Origin: the human T2T-CHM13v2.0 reference genome, Homo sapiens
Strand: one strand, 5' to 3'
Length of the DNA: 64,000 bases
Assembly (NCBI RefSeq): GCF_009914755.1
Contig: NC_060939.1
Part shown: piece after piece, positions 55,886 through 64,000 of the stretch
Numbering within the stretch: position 1 is the stretch's first letter
Layout: every line of letters starts with the position of its first letter
Position numbers and translations under genes: made by a program
Notes under the pieces: generated by a model
Databases searched by the model: none
The model's input: the letters and a program-made list of their open reading frames with translations, nothing else
Told to the model about the DNA's origin: nothing

Positions 55886-57307
55886 TTATCCTTTGTTATA
55901 TTTAGCCTTTTGAATAATAGATGAAAAGCAAAGCAGAGTAATTAATGGTGTACACATGCTGATTACGAGTTCAGCAACACAAAAAACTGACAGATGGGGG
56001 GGCATTAAATGTATAATCTAAATTTAATTTAGTTTTATTAATTTCTCTTTATAGTTCCTTAACGTATGTATTGGGTACATGTATATCTGTGTGTGTTTCT
56101 GGGTAAGTTTTAAAACTCAAACGACTTGGGTTCATTTTGGACCATAAATATCCCTTGATTGTTTTAATACTATTCAGGGAAGATTAATGTATACCATTAT
56201 AGGTTGAATGTGTTGTAACCCATGGTGAATTGAAAAGAGAAAAAGATTGCACATGCCAAGGAGTGAAAGTACATTTTCTTCATACTGCATTTGCTGCTTC
56301 CAAAATGTTACCACCTAATAACAACCATGAAAGTTAACCTAAAAGAATTCCTATTTTACAAGTGACTCCATGGGAGTCCAGGGAATCTAAGTGACTTGCT
56401 AGGTGTAGTTAAGTGATTTACACATTGCCAGTCAACATGGGGGATCTCATTCACCTCTGCCTCAGGCTCAACCAAATGAACGGCAGGTCTCTTGCCTATG
56501 AAACTATAAATACCTGAAAATAGAATAGGCTACCAGCCCCTGGAAAAGGATTTCAATCAAGAAACTCACTCTTACTACTCTCTATAGCAACTGCAGCCCT
56601 TCCCAGCCCTTGTCTTTTGTTGTCAATTCTAAAAATGGAAGGCAAATAAAACTTTTGAAGTTTTCCCAAACAGGAGCAGTTGTTGTCATTTAAGAAGGCT
56701 TCAAATAGCCTGGCATGGGTGGTCTAAGTTAACTCAATAACTTTTCATTAATTTTACATCATTACCGCTTTCTCTTCTTTCTATCTAATTCTTATTTCTT
56801 TTTATTAAGTACCCTGTGACACCTATGGCTCTTACCGAAGAGCTAGTCCTTTAGGTCAAAGCCATTTTACTGGTGAGAGCTAATCTACCAGATGTGCTAG
56901 AGGAAAACAAAAGTGTAAATACAATAGTGAAGGCAAAGGAGAGAAGGGATGGAGGGAAGGAAAGAGGGAGGGAGGCTAATGAACAGGAGAAGAAATCAAG
57001 GCATTTGAACTAACAGATCGTTATGGGGATAAAAAGCATCTTAGAATGTTTACATTTTTTGGTTTGAAAGATCATGAGCTTAGATTACTGATTTAGAAGA
57101 AAGATGGTGCCTTTTAAAGTTTCTGTGAACATTTCCACATTTTTACCTGATTTCTTTATCTTTGCCAATTGCCAAGTTGCCCCCTCTCAGGAAGGAAGGA
57201 AGTAAAGAACCCTGGCTACATTCTACTGTACCCAAGATGAAATAGTCTATCATGGCTTTTGCTGTCCTGTAAATTTCCATGAAGTCCTCACTTTAGTTAG
57301 TACCTAG

Positions 57308-57477
<170 letters not shown>

Positions 57478-59300
57478 CGTAGCATAGTTTAGATCACAGA
57501 CATAAGGCTTAAATTCAAGGAAGTTCAATTCTGATTCAAAGTATTTCTGGGATGACAAGCTCTGTGAATCTATGGCGTTGTCTTAACTTGTTTACTCTCA
57601 GATTTTTTGGCTTTAACATTAGGGAATCTCCTTTCGGATCTAATATCCTGCATTTACTCTCAAAGGTACAGCTACTGACACCCTCACATTCTAACATCAG
57701 CAGTAGAGTTGCAACCCTGAATTCAAGATACAAAAGGCAAAGCAGTTGAATTATGCTAAGTGGCAAACAGCTTGTATTTGACTGAATAAAAATTAAATTT
57801 TATTTTTATGTTGACTGGATAGATGATAAAGAAACAGAAGCCTTACTAGTGCATGGGTAACAGAAAGGAGTTGTAAACAAGCAATGAGAAAAAGATGGGA
57901 ACAAAGAGGTATGTTTAGAAGTAGATATCAAGATGTGTGGAAAATATCAAACCAACATCTAGCATCCAAAGTAGAATCCGATACAAGACGACCCTTTACA
58001 AGGGGCTTAAATGTTCTTACCAGGAATGTCAATAGGTACTATTTTCTGTTTCTGGACATGGACACCTCAGGAGAAAGAAGTGATTACCTCTGCTTGGTCC
58101 TTTTAGTTTCTTTAGACAGATTTGTCCAATTCAGACCTCAAGTATGTTCTAGTAAGCCAGAAAAATATCTTCGGTCATGTGATAGCTCATCATAGACTTA
58201 CTGATTCTATTTGTGGTGAGAGATGAGCCTATTGGAAAACGAAGATAACTTAGCATAAGCCAATATTGTTTCAGTACAATAGGAATGGAAACTAAATTAG
58301 AGTCAATAAGTTTATGATGACTTAGCATTCATCATTTTATTATGTGGCTTTGAATCAGAAAAGCTGACTAGCTCCCTGTGCTTTGCCAGTGAGTAATAAA
58401 ATAAGTAGAAGGAAGAGACGATAATGATATAGAATACCATGTGCCTGGAAGTGTGATAAAGATTTGATAGGCATTATCTTAAAGCAAGTTTAGAAAGTCA
58501 TTATTATTATTACTATTATGATTAATACTATTTTATAGATAAATAAAAGGAGGTTTATGATGCTAAATGTTTGATAAAAGCCAAATCAGTATTATATGAC
58601 TGATCAGTGATTCAAATGTTGGTCACTGAATCAAAGCTTTTTCTCTTTTATTTCTGAAACATATTGCAAATGATTCTGAAAATATATTCATAAAACAGTT
58701 TCCAGGATGAAGTGGAAAAATTAGTCCATAAAATGTGATCTATATAAATCACTGTTCTTTACCGAAGAGCTGACTTCCTGTAATTTCAGTACAAAGATCG
58801 TAACATCCTCCACTATAGGGAAATATACGTGAAAGTAAGTCCCAATGTTCTAAACTTTTCACCCACTAGATGTTCCAGGTCAGGAAGCAAAACTAGTTAG
58901 CCTGCCTTTGTTGTTGTTCTTGATCTTTATGTATTTAATTACTTGTGGTCAACCTAGAAAAAGTGAAAGAAACTTCTCCTCCCCACTCTCAGCAAAGGAC
59001 ATGCAATGATTTTTTAGGTCTACATGATATTGGCTATTGAATGTTTGCTTTTTAAAGGATTGATCTAGTTTTTTTAAAGAAGGCCTGGAGAGTTTGAATT
59101 GACTCCATCTCCTATCAGTGAAGTGCTGAGGACCTAGAAGTGATTTGCATTCCAGTCTTAGCTAGTTTTTAATCTCTCACATGTTAGTGTGTGAAGAAAT
59201 AGACACCAGGGAATTTGGTATCCCCATCAGAAAAATAGGAGTTAATGGCACTACTGATAATAGTAACTGATGTTTATTGACTGCTTAGCATATTCTAAGA

Positions 59301-59593
<293 letters not shown>

Positions 59594-59840
59594 TCTAAGT
59601 TTTTATTCATATGAATTTTTATCATCTCTCACAACAAATAGTCATGAGATACATAATATAATTATACATATCCCATTGGACAGAGATGAAACTGAGGCAC
59701 AGAGAGCTTAAATAACTTGCCTAAGCCCACACAGCTAGTTTAAATAACTTGCCTAAGCCCACACAGCTAGTAAGTGATGAAGCTGGGTTTTGAACTCTGG
59801 CAGTTAGACTCTAAGACCAGAATGTTTAACCACTACTCCC
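59594..59840. mobile_element. MIR carrying a perfect 32-bp tandem duplication
   Basis: CCCATTGGACAGAGATGAAACTGAGGCACAGAGAG then (TTAAATAACTTGCCTAAGCCCACACAGCTAGT)x2 then AAGTGATGAAGCTGGGTTTTGAAC. Confidence 0.88.
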
Positions 59841-61544
59841 ATTTGAACAGTGGATGTGGTTTTGTAAAATCATTCATCTCTGGTTTCTAACTTATCCTTG
59901 CACCGGTCAGGGTTTTGTCAGGAAAACAAGCTGCTCTATGAATTCCAGATATCAATGGCAAAAAAAAGGGAATTAGAGGTTTATTAAGGCATTGAAAAGG
60001 CTATATATGGAAACAAAGGCAAGAACTCTGTGGCCAGTTTACCTTCAATAGAAAAGTTGGCCATTTTCAAGAGCACACCTAGAAGCTGCTGTGAGCCTCA
60101 AGAACTTCTAAGACACTCTTGTCAGGCACCTCTGTCTGCAAAGTCGGCTGGAGAACTTCTGAAGTAACTGCCCTCACCTGTTTCTGTAGCCAACAACCAA
60201 GAAGAAGGTGTCTGGCTGAGGCTTGCCTGAAAGCTAATTAGACCCTCATGTCTGCTGCTTGCCCATCCATCTGACACAAATGCCCCCTACCCAAGAACAA
60301 TGGCCTCTTCTCTTCTGCTTCCAAATCCAACAAATAGATTGACAGAATCTAACCTGAAACCTTGGAGAATCAGAGTGAAAGGATAGGATGATTATATGGC
60401 TGAATACTATGTAATATTTTAATATAGTCATGAGTGATTTCAAAAATCATGGCCTGTGAATAGACAAATCTACAGCTTCAAAGCAGAAGTATGAGTGCCA
60501 TAAGAGTAAAGCATAGGCTAAGTTAGTTCCACAAGTTGCTATGGAGTAGATTGATGGGAATTCTTAAATCTGCACGTTTTTGTTGAGTTTCCAAAGTGTA
60601 CATAATGATTACAATAATTTTAATTTATATAATTCTTCACTATGTTCAGGTGTTTCTATTTATAGCCCCTCGATGAGTGTCCTCAGATATACACTGAAAT
60701 ATTGAGAGTGTGAGAGACCCATACACACTGGCAGCCAGGTCAGTACAATCACCTCTCAGCATTTGTAAATCATATCCCAGGCACAGTTCCCCTATATCCA
60801 GTAAAATAGTTGTTACTAATTCCATCAGCAACACAGAGATTTTGTCTTCCCCAAGACCCTAACTTTTGTTAGCAGCAGAAATGAGAACAGGGCATGAAAT
60901 GAGAACAGAGTATGAAACTTCCTTAAAAAGTTGGAATTTATAAAACTAATGCCAGGAGAAACAACAAGCGCATGTCGTTGTTTCATGTATGAATGCAGCT
61001 AAAGGGGAAGGCACATTGCTTGGTGCTGCAGGGGATTGATGCTTGAGGAGGGAGGTCCTCTCTGACCCTTGGATGCTGCTTTCTTCACAACATAAAGATG
61101 ATATTTAGACTGAGAAAGAGGAGGAGGAGAAGGGTGGGGAGGACAAGGGAGGAGAAAGAAGGGAAGGAGGAGACTAGAAGAAACTTGCCAAGAAGGAACA
61201 GAGGTCAAGGTGAGAGAGGGAACTCTGAATGAATTCAGGGTTTTCAAACTGTCTGAATTAAAATGCAATTCTGAAATCATATGCAAATTAAGTTATCTAA
61301 CTCTTTTCCAAGGTATTTGAGGAGGCTTATTTGCAAACTGAAGTTGAGCAAATATTGTTTTACTGTCCAAAACTGAGAAAGTGGTATAGTCTCCCGAATA
61401 TACGCAAGTGAGTGTGATGCAGATGTCAGGAGGGCATGGGATGGATTATCAAGGGAGGTTTATTAGGTTCTTAGAAAATGAATCAAACATTACTCAAACT
61501 ACCAAATATTTCCCTATGAAGTGAAATGTTCAAACAAACCTGAT

Positions 61545-61885
61545 TTTATTATAGCTTTAACGAGGCGGGCACAATTGATACATAATAAACTGCACATATT
61601 TGAAATACTAATTGGATGATTTTGGCATATCTATATATCTATATATATGCATAAAACTATCACCACAATCACAGTTATTCCCATCATCACACCAAATATC
61701 AAGTTCCTTTGTAATTCATTCGTCACTCTACTCCAGTATCCCCAGACAACAACTGACTTGCTTTCTGTCCCTAAATATTAGCCTGCATTTTTAGAATTTT
61801 ATGTCAATGGAATCATATGGTATGTACTCATTTTCCATTTAGTTTTTTACACTCAGCATAATACTTTTGCGAATTACTCGTGTTC
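61545..61885 (-). mobile_element. L1MB-type 3'-end fragment
   Basis: AGCTTTAACGAGG...ATAATAAACTGCACATATTT...CTGACTTGCTTTCTGTC...TAGAATTTTATGTCAATGGAATCATA...ACTCAGCATAAT. Confidence 0.85.
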
Positions 61886-62019
61886 TAATCCTATTTCATT
61901 TTACTTTTATATGGTAAATGGTCAGTGGATCAAAGAAAGCAGAATTTGTTTACCTGGATGTCGACCAGATATTCTGTTTCTCTAACAGCCTGAGACGCAT
62001 CAGTTCTAACTTAAAATTT

Positions 62020-62350
62020 GTCACTAGTTGTTCCTCTGCCTGGCATGCATTTTCTACAGATGGTTGCATAGCTGGCTCCTCTTTGACATTCAAGTCTCAG
62101 CTTAAATGTCATAATCTCAGCTTAAATTTCACCATCTCAGCAAGACTTTTCATGACCACATTGCCTAAAGTAGCATTTCTAGCCACTCCTACTGTAAGGC
62201 CTCTAATTTAGTATTATCTGTCTCCTCCAGCTAGAATGTATAATCCATGGGAGAAGGAATTTTATCTGTCTTATTTAAAGCTGAATCCCTAGCACCTAGA
62301 ATAATGCCTGATGCATAGGAAGTAATCAATAAATATAATAAATGAACAAA
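62020..62350. mobile_element. L2 3'-end fragment
   Basis: TTGTTCCTCTGCCTGG...CTAGAATGTATAATCCATGGGAGAAGGAA...CCCTAGCACCTAGAATAATGCCTG...TCAATAAATAT...AATGAA. Confidence 0.85.
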
Positions 62351-64000
62351 TCTTTGTCAAGCCTCTCATCCTGTATTTATGGGAAGATATGAAGACTTAC
62401 GGGCTAAATAACAGTATAATTCCATGCAATTGTTGTTCATTGATGGAATATATTCAAAATACGCTGATTAATGGATATTAATTAACCTTGATGGGGATTT
62501 ACACCCATGGCATTACCTCAAATTCTGTCCTATTAGAGAACTTTTATGTATTAAAAAAAATTAGCTGTAACTATAGAAACGATTGTCCCTTCCTGTATAA
62601 TGTGATACTACAACACATTAGGATAATATAATTGATATTTAAAAAAATCTTTACAGATTGAAATGATGGATGATACTAAAAAGATAAAAGTGGATAAGGA
62701 TAAATTCTGCTCAAAGTGTTCCTAGCCAAGAGCATGCCACCTTGGAAGAGTACACGGTTCTCTATATGGGAATTGTAATTGGCAGTGAGCTTAAGGCTCT
62801 GTGTGCTAAACCTGCAAAAGCTCTTATTGCAACTAGTAACTTTGGTAGAAACATAATGTCTAGAATTAGATAGGGAATGGTTTCTGTTTTGCTGTGGTCA
62901 ACACAAAACCTAGAATATTATGGTTCATTTCTGAGCCACAGAAATGGAAATGGGTTCAGTGGATTGACTGCATAATGGTAAGTAAAGAGTGATACATACA
63001 AGGAATGTTATAAGAAATAGGTAGTGTTCTTTTGTTAGCTGTCTTCAAATAGCTCTGTAATGAAATTAAAGTCTTGCTTATAGCAAGGAACTAAGATTTA
63101 TTAATCTCTGATACTACAAAGACCTGTCTGATGATCACAGATGCCCCAAGATAGAATGAACTCTTACTGACTTGAGGACCATACAGTGTTTGGAAAGACT
63201 TAAAAGTATGAATTTATACTTGGAATTGACAGCATAGGGAGTTTGTACCAACTCTGAAATACAAATGAAAACATGTCATCTTAATAAAGAAATCCATTCG
63301 TTTTCATTTAATTCATTTGGGGTGAGATTTAGTCCATTCACCTTTTTAAACAGGCAAAAACGCTGAATTCTTCCCTAAATTCCTTATTAACATGGGTAAT
63401 CCACTGCAGAGGTAGGTTTGAAAAGTGGCAAGGAACTGGGATTTGTTTGAAAATTTATCTCGAATCATTAGGGTGACAAAGGAGAGTAGGTTTTTATTTG
63501 TTTAAGGCACAGAAGAGTAGTGTGTGGTAGGGTGTTGGAAGGTGATGCTGAAGGCACTGAATTATGGGGATCTTAGTCACCACAGAAAATTATGCTTCAT
63601 TCCTCAATTTCTGTTTGGTTGGGTGGTTTTGTGTGGGTGCTTGCTGAGAGGGTACTGTCCAATAGCATGGGTGCTGAATTGTTAGTCTCTTGAAGGGAAG
63701 TTTTCTCAGCAATCTCATTAGTAGAATGAAACTGCAGGTGACAAGATAAGCTTGTCTAATTTATTTATTTATGAATTCTATTGTTCATAATTGTATTATT
63801 AATCAGGGAAATGTATTAGCTATTGATGTATTTTTCTTTTATGTGGACATTTATTTTAAATTGTAAGAGGAACAAAAGATATTAATTCATATTAAGTAGT
63901 AGGTTGCATTTTTTTTTCCTAGACAATTTTCTCTATTAAGAAGTGGAGACAAAGGAAGAACAAAGACATATTTGTTACGTGATATGGAAGCAAAATTGTT

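Overview
This is primate (very probably human or great-ape) nuclear DNA. It is AT-rich, CpG-depleted and dense in interspersed repeats: about 13 Alu/FLAM copies including one AluY-like, old L1 and L2 fragments, MIRs, MaLR LTRs (MLT1, MST), one ERV solo LTR, and MER5/MER20 hAT DNA transposons, plus several microsatellites. I find no supportable protein-coding gene. The supplied ORFs are short and arise from repeats, low-complexity sequence or chance. The window reads as intronic or intergenic. Most LTRs and old L1s lie on the minus strand, which would fit an intron of a plus-strand host, but that is inference. Several well-formed candidate exons occur on both strands; the minus-strand set does not splice into an ORF and could be a lncRNA or pseudo-exons. 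The most striking structure is a 79-nt fold-back at 51549-51627 inside an old L1. Its three arm mismatches are all G:U-compatible on the plus strand, and its 3' arm contains UGAGGUAG (let-7 seed), making it a candidate de novo pre-miRNA-like hairpin. I see no evidence of a new multi-gene system. Repeat subfamily names come from my recall of consensus sequences, not from a RepeatMasker run.
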